A stretch of 55,323 bases of DNA from Actinomycetota bacterium (GTDB lineage Bacteria; Actinomycetota; Actinomycetes; JAKEEW01): NCBI GenBank assembly GCA_046725875.1, contig JBKOZJ010000080.1, forward strand, positions 1-55,323, given 5' to 3'. The translations under genes and the position numbers were made by a program. This document shows, piece by piece, positions 1 to 9,820 of the stretch (positions within the stretch are counted from its first letter, which is position 1; each line of letters starts with the position of its first letter). Below the pieces are notes generated by a model. It was not told where the DNA came from, searched no databases, and saw only the letters and a program-made list of their open reading frames with translations.

Positions 1-38
1 GCGTTGAACGCGTCCGTTGTCGTCGCTGCCCGGGCCAT
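1..38 (-). CDS. 5' end of probable ArsR/SmtB-family transcriptional regulator (runs off window)
   Basis: Minus strand from ATG at 38 reads MARAATTTDAFNA, resembling the N-terminus of actinobacterial ArsR-family regulators. A promoter lies directly upstream. Not in the ORF track; only 13 codons visible. Confidence 0.65.
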   Translation of the reverse strand, partial: MARAATTTDAFN

Positions 39-45
39 AACGCAA

Positions 46-73
46 ATCATATGCCTATATGGGAATGTGTCAA
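46..73 (-). promoter_or_regulatory. sigma70 promoter with internal operator palindrome, leaderless start
   Basis: Minus strand TTGACA (73-68), 16 nt, TATGAT (51-46), 7 nt, ATG (38). Palindrome CATAT-N4-ATATG at 48-61 overlaps the spacer and -10. Confidence 0.7.
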
Positions 74-436
74 CCCTGGCCGGGAATGGACTGGGCGAAG
101 CCAGTGGCCTTGCATCCGGGGACATGGGCCCGCTGCACCGCCACCCCCGGCGCCGATGCGGTTCTCGTCAAGTCACGGCCAGGAGACCGATGAGTCTTGA
201 CCGCGAGCGGGGTCAAACCAGGTGCGAGGTGTCCTCCGCCGCGGGTTTGTCGGTGCCCGCCGGCAGGCTGTGAGAGGACGTGGGCAGGGGCAGCGCCAAG
301 CAGATTGGTCCTGGAAATCGGCCGTGAATTGGCTCGGGTATGCCGACCGCGGCGAGCCTAGGCTCTCAACCTGCACTGCTCGTACGAGAAAGACATGCGT
401 GAAGTCACCATCAAGCAGGAAGGTCTTCGATCACGG

Positions 437-1819
437 ATGGCTAGCACCGCCGCACTCTCCATATCGCAACTGCGCTCCGAATTCGACGGACGGGTCATCG
501 CTCCGAGCGACGCGGAGTATGACAAGGCTCGGATGGTCTTCTCCGGCGTGGTCGACCGCCGTCCCGCGGTGATTGTCCGACCAGTCGACGTGGGTGAGGT
601 CTCGCGACTGATCAGACTCGCCAGAGAGACCGGGCTGGAGCTGGCCGTGCGCAGTGGCGGCCATAGTGGCGCCGGTCATGGCACATCCGAGGGCGGCATC
701 GTCCTCGATTTGTCGCAGATGCGTGCCATCGACATCGATGTTGGCGGGCGCACTGCTTGGGCCGAGACGGGATTGACCGCGGGGGAGTACTCAACGGCGG
801 TCGCTGCGCACGGGCTCGCGACTGGATTTGGCGACACGGCCTCGGTCGGGATCGGCGGGATCACTCTTGGTGGCGGTGTCGGCTATCTCAGCCGCAAGCA
901 CGGCCTCACCGTCGATGCTCTCCTTGCGGCTGAGATCGTTACCGCCGATGGTGAGCTGGTTCATACCGACGAGAAGACGGAGCCCGATCTGTTCTGGGCG
1001 ATCCGCGGTGGTGGCGGTAACTTCGGTGTCGCCACCCGCTTCAAGTACCGGCTGTTCGAAGTTCCGCAGATTGTCGGTGGCATGCTGATGCTTCCCGCGA
1101 CGGCCGAGACGATCGCCGGCTTCATTGCCGCCGCGGAGGCGGCGGCCGAGGAGCTTTCTACGATCGCCAACGTGATGCCGGCGCCGCCGATGCCGTTCGT
1201 CCCAGAAGACCAACACGGCAAGCTCGTCATCATAGCCTTCCTGTGCTACGCGGGAGCTGTCGATGCCGGGCAGCAGGCCATGGCGCCTTTCCGGGCGCTC
1301 GGCCAGCCGATCGTCGACATGGTCAGGCCGATGTCCTACCCGGAGATTTATCCGCCCGTAGACGAGAGTTATCGACCGGTCTCGGCGGCGCGGACTATGT
1401 TCATCGACCAGGTCGACGGTGCCGTGGCCGAGACGATCCTCGACCACCTGCAGGCTTCGACGGGGATGATGAGCGCGGCCCAGCTCAGGGTGCTTGGCGG
1501 CGCGGTCGGGCGGGTGCCGGCTGACGCGACCGCGTATGCCCACCGGCAGAGCCGGATCATGGTGAACCTTGCCGCGCTCTACCAGAACCCGAACGAGGCG
1601 GCGGAGCACGAGAAGTGGGTCGCCGAGTTCGGGAGCGCATTGCAGCAGAGCGATGCCGGGGCCTACGTCAACTTCCTCGGCGACGAGAGCGAGGCGCGGG
1701 TCCGCGCGGCCTATCCGGGCGACACGTGGGAACGCCTGTCGGTCATCAAGCGCCGTTACGACCCATTCAATGTCTTTCGCGTCAACCAGAACATCCCACC
1801 TGCCGCTTCCGCCGGCTAA
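437..1819 (+). CDS. FAD-binding oxidoreductase (FAD_binding_4 + BBE domain)
   Basis: RSGGHS flavinylation motif, GGITLGGGVG, LFWAIRGGGGNFGV, C-terminal YVNF...KRRYDPFNVFRVNQNI. Start set at ATG 437 behind AGGAAGG. Confidence 0.9.
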   Translation: MASTAALSISQLRSEFDGRVIAPSDAEYDKARMVFSGVVDRRPAVIVRPVDVGEVSRLIRLARETGLELAVRSGGHSGAGHGTSEGGIVLDLSQMRAIDIDVGGRTAWAETGLTAGEYSTAVAAHGLATGFGDTASVGIGGITLGGGVGYLSRKHGLTVDALLAAEIVTADGELVHTDEKTEPDLFWAIRGGGGNFGVATRFKYRLFEVPQIVGGMLMLPATAETIAGFIAAAEAAAEELSTIANVMPAPPMPFVPEDQHGKLVIIAFLCYAGAVDAGQQAMAPFRALGQPIVDMVRPMSYPEIYPPVDESYRPVSAARTMFIDQVDGAVAETILDHLQASTGMMSAAQLRVLGGAVGRVPADATAYAHRQSRIMVNLAALYQNPNEAAEHEKWVAEFGSALQQSDAGAYVNFLGDESEARVRAAYPGDTWERLSVIKRRYDPFNVFRVNQNIPPAASAG

Positions 1820-1906
1820 TCCGGCGACCCCCGGCCGGGCCCGGTCGGCTAAGAGCTGGTAGGGCCCGGCTGGCGGCGACGTTCGAACTCTCGAGAGGGG
1901 CAGCTG

Positions 1907-3307
1907 ATGGGTGACATCGCGGACCTCGTTCCGGATCTCGACGGTCAGGTGGTCCAGCCCGGGGATTCCACATATGAGATGGCCCGCCGGGTGTGGAACG
2001 CGATGGTCGACCGGCGGCCGGCAGCGATCGTCGAATGCGCGAGCACGGCCGACGTCGCCCGGACGATCCGCGCCGGGCATGACCAGGGCTTCGAGATCGG
2101 CGTGCGGTGCGGCGGGCACAGTGTGCTCGGGCTGCCGGTCGCCGACGGTGGACTAATGATCGACCTCTCGCCGATGGGTTCGGTGCGGGTCGACCCGGAA
2201 CGGCGGCGAGCATGGGTGCAAGGTGGGGCGCTGCTTGGCGCGCTGGACCGGGCGAGCCAGGAGTACGGGCTGGCGACCACGGCCGGGAACGTGTCCCACA
2301 CCGGTGTCGGCGGGCTGACGCTCGGCGGGGGTATGGGCTGGCTCGCCAGGCAGTTCGGCCTGTCTTGTGACAACGTTGCTTCCTTTGAGGTGGTCACGGC
2401 CGACGGTGATGTCGTTCGGGCCAGCGGATCCGAGAACGCCGACCTCTTCTGGGGTCTGCGCGGCGGTGGCGGCAACTTCGGCGTGGTGACTGAGTTTGAG
2501 TTCGTGCTGCACCCGGTTGGAACCCGTGCCCTCATTGCGGACATGTTCTTCCGCCCTGAGGGGGCCGCGCCGGCCTTCCGGCACTGGCGCGACCTGATCG
2601 CTCTGGCGGACCGCCGGGCCACATTGACCGCGTGGGTCGGTACTGTTGCCGACCCGCCGCACCTGCCGCCCGACCTCCACGGCCAGCCGCTGGCGAGCGT
2701 CGGCTATGTATGGATCGGCGATCCGGCGGAGGGGCGCCAACTGCTGCCCACTCTCCGTGACACATTTGCGCCGGCTGCCGAGCGAGTTGCCGAGGTGTCC
2801 TACCTCGACCTGCAGACGATGGATGACACCCCGGAAGGGCATGCCTATCGCCGCTACTGGAAGGGCCATTACCTCCGTCAGCTCAGCGACGAGGCGATCG
2901 CGGCCTTCCTGTCACAGGGCCTGGACCATGCGCCGGACGCAGATGAGGCCAGCATTCTGCCGGCCGCCAGCTTCCAGAGCTACGGCGGCGCGATTGCCGA
3001 CATCAGAGACCACGAGACGGCCTTCAGCCAGCGGGACGCGATTGTCGAGTTTGTGGCAGCGGCGCGGTGGTTGGATCCGGCCGAGGACGAGCGGCGGATC
3101 GCCGCGGCCCGCCGCTACGGCGCCCGCATGGAGCCCTTCGCCAGCGGCGCCTACGTCAACGTCCTCACCGATGAGGGCCAGGCCGGCGTCCGGCGCGCCT
3201 ACTCGGAGGAGAAGCTGAGCCGCCTCACGACACTGAAGGACCGCTTCGACCCGTCCAACGTGTTCCGCCTCAACCACAACATTCCGCCGAGCCGCCAAAC
3301 CACCTAG
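1907..3307 (+). CDS. FAD-binding oxidoreductase (FAD_binding_4 + BBE domain), paralog
   Basis: RCGGHS, GGLTLGGGMG, LFWGLRGGGGNFGVV, YVN...KDRFDPSNVFRLNHNI. GAGGGG RBS. Confidence 0.9.
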   Translation: MGDIADLVPDLDGQVVQPGDSTYEMARRVWNAMVDRRPAAIVECASTADVARTIRAGHDQGFEIGVRCGGHSVLGLPVADGGLMIDLSPMGSVRVDPERRRAWVQGGALLGALDRASQEYGLATTAGNVSHTGVGGLTLGGGMGWLARQFGLSCDNVASFEVVTADGDVVRASGSENADLFWGLRGGGGNFGVVTEFEFVLHPVGTRALIADMFFRPEGAAPAFRHWRDLIALADRRATLTAWVGTVADPPHLPPDLHGQPLASVGYVWIGDPAEGRQLLPTLRDTFAPAAERVAEVSYLDLQTMDDTPEGHAYRRYWKGHYLRQLSDEAIAAFLSQGLDHAPDADEASILPAASFQSYGGAIADIRDHETAFSQRDAIVEFVAAARWLDPAEDERRIAAARRYGARMEPFASGAYVNVLTDEGQAGVRRAYSEEKLSRLTTLKDRFDPSNVFRLNHNIPPSRQTT

Positions 3308-3491
3308 AGCTCAGTCGCCCGGGCGACGACGAGCTGCGGGAGGCCGCTGACCGCTCTGGCTTTCGCCCGTGCTGAGTTCTCACCTACGAGTCATCATCGG
3401 TCGCCGCCCGATATGCGGCTTTTGTGAGGCTCTACCGGCCGCAAGAAGACGCGTTTTCGTGCGTAAAGCCGAGACATATGCTGCGCCCGTG

Positions 3492-4706
3492 ATGGAGCAG
3501 CAGTATGTGGTCCCAGACATTCCGTATATGCGACGCCGGGACGGCGCCGAGCAGCGGGCGACGTTCTTCGAGCTCTTCTTCGACCTGGTCTATGTCTTCG
3601 CCGTAACCCAGCTCTCCCATCATCTGCTGGCCGACCTGAGCTGGACGGGAGCCGCGCAGATGGTGTTCATGCTGATCGCCGTGTACTGGGCATGGAACTA
3701 CACGACCTGGATGGCGAATTGGTTCGACCCGGACACCGTGCCGGTCCGGCTCGTACTCGCCTTCGTCATGCTCGCGAGCCTGCTGATGGCTGTGGCGATC
3801 CCGCACGGCTTCGGCGCTAAATCGCTGCTGTTTGCCTGCAGCTACGCGGCGCTCCAGATCGGCCGTAATGCCTTCGTGGTCACGGTTACCCCGAGCGGGC
3901 CCTTCAACCACAACTTCCGGCAGATACTCGGCTGGAGCATGCTCTCCGCACCGCTGTGGGTGGCGGGCGGCTTGGTCGACGACCTTCGGTGGCCCCTCTG
4001 GCTCGGCGCGCTCGGACTGGACCTGCTCGGCCCGCTCTGCATGTACTGGCTGCCGTGGATGGGACGGACCCCGTTGAGTCAATGGCAGATCGACGGCCGG
4101 CATTTTGCCGAACGATTCCAGCTTTTCGTCATCATCGCGCTCGGGGAGAGCATCGTGCTCATCGGCGTGACCGCGTCCAGCACTGAGCTGAGTGCTTCAA
4201 ATGTGGCCGCGCTCGGACTGGCTTTCGTCAGCTCGACGTCGCTCTGGTGGCTCTACTTCGGCAGCTTGGCCGGGGTGGTCGCCGAAAGGATCGGCGCCAG
4301 CACGCTGGACGAGATCGGCCGGATTGGCCGGGATGTGTACACGTACCTCCACCTCCCGATCGTCGCCGGGATCGTGCTGGCCGCGGTCGGCGACGAGCTC
4401 GTGATTGCGCATCCGAGCGACGACCTGCATACGGCAGGCGCACTAGTGATGCTCGGGGGTCCAGCGCTCTACCTGCTCGGCGTCATGGTGTCCGCGGCCA
4501 GGATCGGCCGTCGGCAGAGCTGGCTTCGGGGGGTGATCGTGCTGCTCCTGCTCGCCGCAATACCGCTCGCCGCAAGCGCAAGCGGCATCGTCGTTGCCGC
4601 GGTACTCGCTCTCGTCCTGAGCGCCCTCGTCATAACCGAACAGCCCCGGACCGGAACGCGCACCCGCGTAGCGGACGGACGACCTGATGCATCGCCTGCA
4701 CATTGA
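3492..4706 (+). CDS. ltrA: low temperature requirement protein A (LtrA) family membrane protein
   Basis: ATFFELFFDLVYVFAVTQLS and HFAERFQLFVIIALGESI motifs; many hydrophobic helices. Start uncertain (ORF open from 3369). Confidence 0.85.
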   Translation: MEQQYVVPDIPYMRRRDGAEQRATFFELFFDLVYVFAVTQLSHHLLADLSWTGAAQMVFMLIAVYWAWNYTTWMANWFDPDTVPVRLVLAFVMLASLLMAVAIPHGFGAKSLLFACSYAALQIGRNAFVVTVTPSGPFNHNFRQILGWSMLSAPLWVAGGLVDDLRWPLWLGALGLDLLGPLCMYWLPWMGRTPLSQWQIDGRHFAERFQLFVIIALGESIVLIGVTASSTELSASNVAALGLAFVSSTSLWWLYFGSLAGVVAERIGASTLDEIGRIGRDVYTYLHLPIVAGIVLAAVGDELVIAHPSDDLHTAGALVMLGGPALYLLGVMVSAARIGRRQSWLRGVIVLLLLAAIPLAASASGIVVAAVLALVLSALVITEQPRTGTRTRVADGRPDASPAH

Positions 4707-4742
4707 ATCGGGCAGTGCTCTGCGGAGGGCCAGCTGGTCGCA

Positions 4743-5148
4743 TCATTGCGAGAGGTACCCCGCTAGTCGGGAAGCGAGGAGCGAGAGCCGCTGCGGATCG
4801 AGCATTCGCTGCTCCCGGCCGAAGAGCTCGCCGAAATCCGGATCGACGAACGTGTCGCCGTTCCACTCGCGCGGCCTGCGATAGCGCGGAATCACGTGCA
4901 GGTGAACCTGGACATCAGCGTTCATGAGGAACGCATAGTTGTACTGGTCAGGCCGGAGAAGCTGGTCAAGTGCGGCTCGAGTTCGTCTGATGTGCCAATG
5001 CAGCTCCGACCACTCCGCGGCGGACAGCAGCGTCACGGACTCGAGCGGCCGCCGCAACACGACGATGAGCCGCCCGATGAGGTTCTGGTTCCGATTGACG
5101 GCAATCGTCCAGTGTGGGCCCTTCTTCCACCACTGACTCCGGAAGCAT
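4743..5148 (-). pseudogene. HIT family protein with apparent frameshift near the 5' end
   Basis: C-terminal NYAFLMNADVQVHLHVIPRY (HIT-like). The same frame reads HWTIAVNRNQNLIGRLIVV upstream but has no start; ATG 5148 (MLPESVVEEGP) is one base out of frame. Confidence 0.55.
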
Positions 5149-5310
5149 TTCGATCACCACGCGACTCCCCCGGGATTCACGGAACTCTGGCGCGGTTCCG
5201 CGTATAGATCAGTGTCGGGGGTCGGGCAGCAGCGTGCTCAGCCACGCAACCACGACGGCGAGCCCGGTCTTGCCCGCGGCGCATGGACGCGCCCCTTCGA
5301 TCTCGCCGCC

Positions 5311-6381
5311 CTAGGACGCTGGGACTACGTTGGCGCCCGGAGCCAGATCGGCGAGATCGACTCCAAGCACCTCGGTGCCGATCAGAACAACGAGCCGGTC
5401 GTTGCGGCACAGTGCTGACGTGGACTTCGGCAGCTCAGCACCATCCGGCAGCGTCAGCCGTGCTTCGAGTTCCACCCGCAGCCGCCGCCCGTCGATCACG
5501 GCAATCGCGAGCCGGTCGTCGTACGGCTCGCGACCTCCGACCAGACCGACACGATCGCGTCGAACGAGCAGGCCCGACGCACCTCGTATATCGTTGCGCC
5601 AAGCAGTGACGGAAAGCCGCTCGTCCACCCGTACGACCGGAAAGTCGACGTAGTACGTCGCCCAGACGGACTCTCCCACTACATTCATCGCGTAGCAGTC
5701 GGCGATCGGCGCGAGCCCGCGCGGCGGCGCATAGCGCCAGATGGGCGTGAGCATCGCGGAGAACTCGACCAGGCCGGCTCGGCCGATCGGGGGGATCGTG
5801 TACGGGGACCAGCCGTTGGCACCGCTCACTCCCTCATCGAAGTACGACACCAGAATGCGTCCGCTCGCTGACACCTGGACGTCCTCGATCCCGTCCCCAA
5901 GCGTTCCGTTGCGTTCGAGAAAGCCGCGCGGTCCGTAGACCGAGGCGTTGCGCTCCGGATAGCCGTCCTCGTGGAGCCGGCATCGACTCGCGACGGCCAG
6001 GAGTCCGCCGTCGGGTAGCGGCTGAACGATAGGGAAGGCGAGATCGAGGTCGTCGATGACCATGGGCGGCCGTGGCGACGGTCCATGCCAGGTCACGAGG
6101 GCACGGTATGCCGAGGGCGCCCGGCCGCGAGCGACGACGGTGCCGTCCGCGAGCCTCTCGACCGCACGCGCCGCCGCCAGGTCCTCCCGGCCGGCCCATA
6201 GCGCGACGAGAGTTAGGTCCGGGCCCAGGCCCGCCGAGATGAGCTCTGCGTTGGGTTCGGGTGGTAGCAGCGTCCCGCGCCGGCGCAGCCAGACCGTCGG
6301 GGCGGCGAGGAACTGTGCGCGGGCTGCTGCTGTCCGGGCCCGATGGTCATCCTCCCCGTCCCGTTTGAAGAGACGGAGCAT
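5311..6381 (-). CDS. conserved-looking hypothetical protein (beta-rich C-terminal domain)
   Basis: Long ORF with protein-like composition (GDGIEDVQV...VSYFDEGV, DCYAMNVV). Start set at ATG 6381 with CAGACT -10-like hexamer 8 nt upstream. Confidence 0.65.
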   Translation of the reverse strand: MLRLFKRDGEDDHRARTAAARAQFLAAPTVWLRRRGTLLPPEPNAELISAGLGPDLTLVALWAGREDLAAARAVERLADGTVVARGRAPSAYRALVTWHGPSPRPPMVIDDLDLAFPIVQPLPDGGLLAVASRCRLHEDGYPERNASVYGPRGFLERNGTLGDGIEDVQVSASGRILVSYFDEGVSGANGWSPYTIPPIGRAGLVEFSAMLTPIWRYAPPRGLAPIADCYAMNVVGESVWATYYVDFPVVRVDERLSVTAWRNDIRGASGLLVRRDRVGLVGGREPYDDRLAIAVIDGRRLRVELEARLTLPDGAELPKSTSALCRNDRLVVLIGTEVLGVDLADLAPGANVVPAS

Positions 6382-6594
6382 GGCGGACAAGTCTGACAGA
6401 ACATCTGACCGCCGGGCAGCAAGCATTCGCACCCTGACCTGCACTTTCACGATGCGAATCCGGCCAACCCCGGGCCGTCACCACGGGCGGAGCGGTGCCG
6501 CTTGGTTTGCGGACGCAGCGGAAACGGAGGGGGCCAGTGCGCTCCGGGAGGCGCGGCGGTCAGGCGCCCCCACATGATGCGCTACGATGTTGAT

Positions 6595-6630
6595 ATGCGA
6601 GCACGCCTGCTCCTTACCGGGCCGCGCTGA
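6595..6630 (+). CDS. leuS leader peptide MRARLLLTGPR
   Basis: ATG CGA GCA CGC CTG CTC CTT ACC GGG CCG CGC TGA: three consecutive Leu codons. TACGAT -10 at 6583-6588 lies 6 nt before the ATG. Confidence 0.85.
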   Translation: MRARLLLTGPR

Positions 6631-6684
6631 CTCGGCCAAGCATCACCGTCGGCGCGGCAGCCCCTCGTGCGCGAGGGGTTTTTT
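6619..6684 (+). promoter_or_regulatory. transcription attenuator (antiterminator + intrinsic terminator) upstream of leuS
   Basis: Terminator CCCCTCG-TGCG-CGAGGGG (6661-6678) followed by T6 (6679-6684). Competing stem 6621-6631 / 6648-6658 can extend into the terminator 5' arm. Confidence 0.85.
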
Positions 6685-6786
6685 CATACCCGAGCCTAGG
6701 AGGGCAGGCAGGCGGCAGAGGTCAGCCGATCCGCCAAGATGCCCCGATCGAAGTACATCCGACATCAACGGCGACGAGGATCCCTC

Positions 6787-9690
6787 ATGACCGAGACGAC
6801 CACCGAGCAGGCCGCAGCCGCCGACGCCCCCGGCGGCGAGCAGGCTGACCGGGTGCCCTTTCGCTATACCGCCCAGCTGGCGCGTGAGATTGAGGCGTTC
6901 TGGCAGGACCGCTGGGAGAAGGAGGGCACCTTCGAGGCGCCCAATCCGGCCGGACCAATGGCTGATCCGGAGAAGATCGGCGAGCGGCCAAAGCTCTACG
7001 TCATGGACATGTTTCCGTACCCGTCGGGTGCGGGACTGCACGTCGGCCATCCGCTGGGCTACATCGCCACGGATTGCTATGCGCGCTACAAAATGATGGC
7101 GGGCTACAACGTGCTGCACCCGATGGGCTTCGACGCCTTCGGGCTGCCAGCCGAACAGTACGCGGTGCAGACCGGCCAGCATCCGCGGATCACCACCGAA
7201 CGGAACATCGAGGGATATCGTGCCCAGTTGCGCCGGCTGGGCATGGGCTACGACCGGCGCCGGTCGTTCGCGACCATCGACCCTGACTACTACCGATGGA
7301 CCCAGTGGATCTTCCTGCAGATCTTCAACTCGTGGTACGACCAGGCGCGGAACAAGGCGCGTCCGATCGCCGAGCTTGTCGCTGAGTACGAAAGCCATGC
7401 GCGGCCAACGCCGGACGGCCGGCGGTGGGCCGATCTGAGCGAGCGCGAGCGGCGGACGGTGATCGACCGGCAGCGGCTGGTTTACCTGGCCGAACAGCCG
7501 GTCAACTGGAGCCCTGGGCTGGGCACCGTGCTGTCCAACGAAGAGGTCACCGCCGAGGGGCGCAGCGAGCGGGGCAACTTCCCGGTCTTCAAGCGCAACC
7601 TGACCCAATGGATGATGCGTATCACCGCCTATGCGCAGCGGCTGATCGACGACCTGGATCTGCTGGACTGGCCCGAGCCGATCAAGCTGATGCAGCGCAA
7701 CTGGATCGGCCGGTCCGAGGGTGCGCGGATCGACTTCCCGGTGACCACGGCGGCGGGGGAGCACGAGCGCATCACCGTCTTCACCACCCGGCCGGACACC
7801 GTGTTCGGCGCCACCTATATGGTGCTGGCGCCGGAGCACCCGCTGGTCGACATGCTGATGCCGGCGGAGTGGCCGACTGGACCGGACGGGAGAGCAGTAC
7901 CAGCGGCATGGACCGGCGGCCACGCGACCCCCGCCGAGGCGGTCGCCGAGTACCGGCACAAGACCGCGGTGAAGTCCGACGTCGAGCGTCAGGTCGAGCT
8001 GCGTGATAAGACCGGCGTGTTCGTGGGCGCCTACGCGACCAACCCGGCCAACGGCACGCAGCTCCCGGTCTTCGTTGCAGACTACGTGCTGATGGGGTAC
8101 GGCACCGGCGCCATCATGGCGGTGCCCGGTCAAGACCAGCGGGACTGGGATTTCGCTGAGCAGTTCGAGCTGCCGATCGTCCGTACGGTTCAGCCGCCGG
8201 AGGACTTCGACGGCGAGGCATATCTGGGCGAGGGCCCGGCCATCAACTCTTCCGGCAGTGCGCTGAGCCTGGATGGGCTGGGGGTTGCCGAAGCCAAGCG
8301 CGCGATCACTGAGTGGCTCGAGGCGACCGGGTCCGGCGAAGGAATGGTCACCTACAAGCTGCGAGACTGGCTGTTCTCGAGGCAGCGCTACTGGGGAGAG
8401 CCGTTCCCGATCGTCCACGATGAGTACGGTCCGATCGCAGTGCCGGATTCGATGCTGCCGGTGGAGCTGCCCGACGTCGACGACTACTCGCCCAAGCTGT
8501 ATCCGCCGGACGCCAAGGACACCGAGCCGGAGGCGCCGCTAAGGCGGGCGACCGAGTGGGTCAACGTAACGCTGGACCTGGGCGATGGGCCCAAGCGCTA
8601 CAAGCGCGAAACGAACGTCATGCCGAACTGGGCCGGCTCGTGCTGGTACGAGCTGCGCTACCTGGATCCGACGAACAACGAGCGATTCTGCGACCCGGAG
8701 AACGAGCGCTACTGGATGGGACCCGAGTCGCCAGCGGATCCCGGTGGCGTCGACCTATACATCGGTGGCGTCGAGCACGCTGTCCTGCACCTGCTGTACG
8801 CGCGGTTCTGGCACAAAGTTCTGTATGACCTGGGGTACGTCGGCAGCAGGGAGCCCTTCCGCAAACTGTTCAACCAGGGTTACATCCAAGCGTACGCCTA
8901 CACGGACGAGCGTGGGGCATACGTCCCGGCGGCCGAGGTCGAGGAGACCGAGGGCGGCTGGATGTGGCACGGCGAACCTGTGCGGCGGGAGTACGCGAAG
9001 ATCGGCAAGAGTCTGAAGAACGTCGTAACCCCCGACGAGGTATGTGCTCAGTACGGCGCAGACACCTTCCGGGTCTATGAGATGTCGATGGGGCCGCTCG
9101 ACCAAAGCCGGCCCTGGGAGACCCGGGCCGTCGTCGGCTCCTTCCGCTTCCTGCAGCGAGTGTGGCGCAACATCGTGGACGAGGCGAGCGGAGCCACCAC
9201 CGTCGTCGACTCTCCTGCGGACGAGGAGACCCGCAAGGCCGTGCACCGGGCGACTCATGGTGTACGGGCGGACTTGGAGCTGCTGCGGTTCAACACCGCA
9301 ATCGCCAAGCTGATCGAGCTGAACAACCACCTGACCAAGCAGGACGCGCCGGTGCCGAGGGAGGCGGCGGTGCCGCTGGTCCAGCTGCTGTCGCCGTTCG
9401 CTCCGCACATCAGCGAGGAGCTGTGGTCACGCCTGGGACACACTGAGTCGATCGTGTCGTCTCGGCTGCCGGTCGCTGAGCCGGCGTACCTGGTGGAGGA
9501 GACGGTGACCTGCGTGGTGCAGGTTGCTGGGAAGCTGCGCGACAAGTTCGAGGTGCCCGTGTCGGTTAGCGAGGACGAGCTGCGGGAGCGGGCACTGGCA
9601 AGCCCGGCGGTGCAGCGCGCCCTGGCCGGTCGTCCAGTACGCACGGTCGTCATCCGGGCCCCCCGCCTGGTGAACGTCGTACCCGCCTGA
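6787..9690 (+). CDS. leuS: leucine--tRNA ligase
   Basis: [16 protein letters not shown] (HIGH), editing-domain [10 protein letters not shown] and [14 protein letters not shown] (KMSKS equivalent). GAGGA RBS before ATG 6787. Confidence 0.98.
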   Translation: MTETTTEQAAAADAPGGEQADRVPFRYTAQLAREIEAFWQDRWEKEGTFEAPNPAGPMADPEKIGERPKLYVMDMFPYPSGAGLHVGHPLGYIATDCYARYKMMAGYNVLHPMGFDAFGLPAEQYAVQTGQHPRITTERNIEGYRAQLRRLGMGYDRRRSFATIDPDYYRWTQWIFLQIFNSWYDQARNKARPIAELVAEYESHARPTPDGRRWADLSERERRTVIDRQRLVYLAEQPVNWSPGLGTVLSNEEVTAEGRSERGNFPVFKRNLTQWMMRITAYAQRLIDDLDLLDWPEPIKLMQRNWIGRSEGARIDFPVTTAAGEHERITVFTTRPDTVFGATYMVLAPEHPLVDMLMPAEWPTGPDGRAVPAAWTGGHATPAEAVAEYRHKTAVKSDVERQVELRDKTGVFVGAYATNPANGTQLPVFVADYVLMGYGTGAIMAVPGQDQRDWDFAEQFELPIVRTVQPPEDFDGEAYLGEGPAINSSGSALSLDGLGVAEAKRAITEWLEATGSGEGMVTYKLRDWLFSRQRYWGEPFPIVHDEYGPIAVPDSMLPVELPDVDDYSPKLYPPDAKDTEPEAPLRRATEWVNVTLDLGDGPKRYKRETNVMPNWAGSCWYELRYLDPTNNERFCDPENERYWMGPESPADPGGVDLYIGGVEHAVLHLLYARFWHKVLYDLGYVGSREPFRKLFNQGYIQAYAYTDERGAYVPAAEVEETEGGWMWHGEPVRREYAKIGKSLKNVVTPDEVCAQYGADTFRVYEMSMGPLDQSRPWETRAVVGSFRFLQRVWRNIVDEASGATTVVDSPADEETRKAVHRATHGVRADLELLRFNTAIAKLIELNNHLTKQDAPVPREAAVPLVQLLSPFAPHISEELWSRLGHTESIVSSRLPVAEPAYLVEETVTCVVQVAGKLRDKFEVPVSVSEDELRERALASPAVQRALAGRPVRTVVIRAPRLVNVVPA

Positions 9691-9730
9691 GGCTTCCGCG
9701 AAGTTTTGATCGCTTCGCCCAAACGTCGCG

Positions 9731-9754
9731 GGGCCCGCCTTAACAGGCGGGCCC
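9731..9754 (+). terminator. GC-rich hairpin after leuS
   Basis: Perfect 10-bp stem GGGCCCGCCT-TAAC-AGGCGGGCCC; no U-tract. Confidence 0.55.
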
Positions 9755-9820
9755 TCGGACCAGTCTCGTGCCTGGCCCGTGCCAAACCAAGACGTCAGCG
9801 GGTGCAATACGCTTCCACGC

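Noticed and set aside
6643..8418. Long antisense ORFs (e.g. 6643-8418, 29359-30843, 48519-49817, 52164-54194)
   Set aside because: They mirror well-supported sense genes; such shadow ORFs are expected from high-GC codon bias and show no motifs.
8995..9015. LeuRS KIGKS instead of KMSKS
   Set aside because: KIGKS/KMGKS variants are normal in actinobacterial LeuRS.
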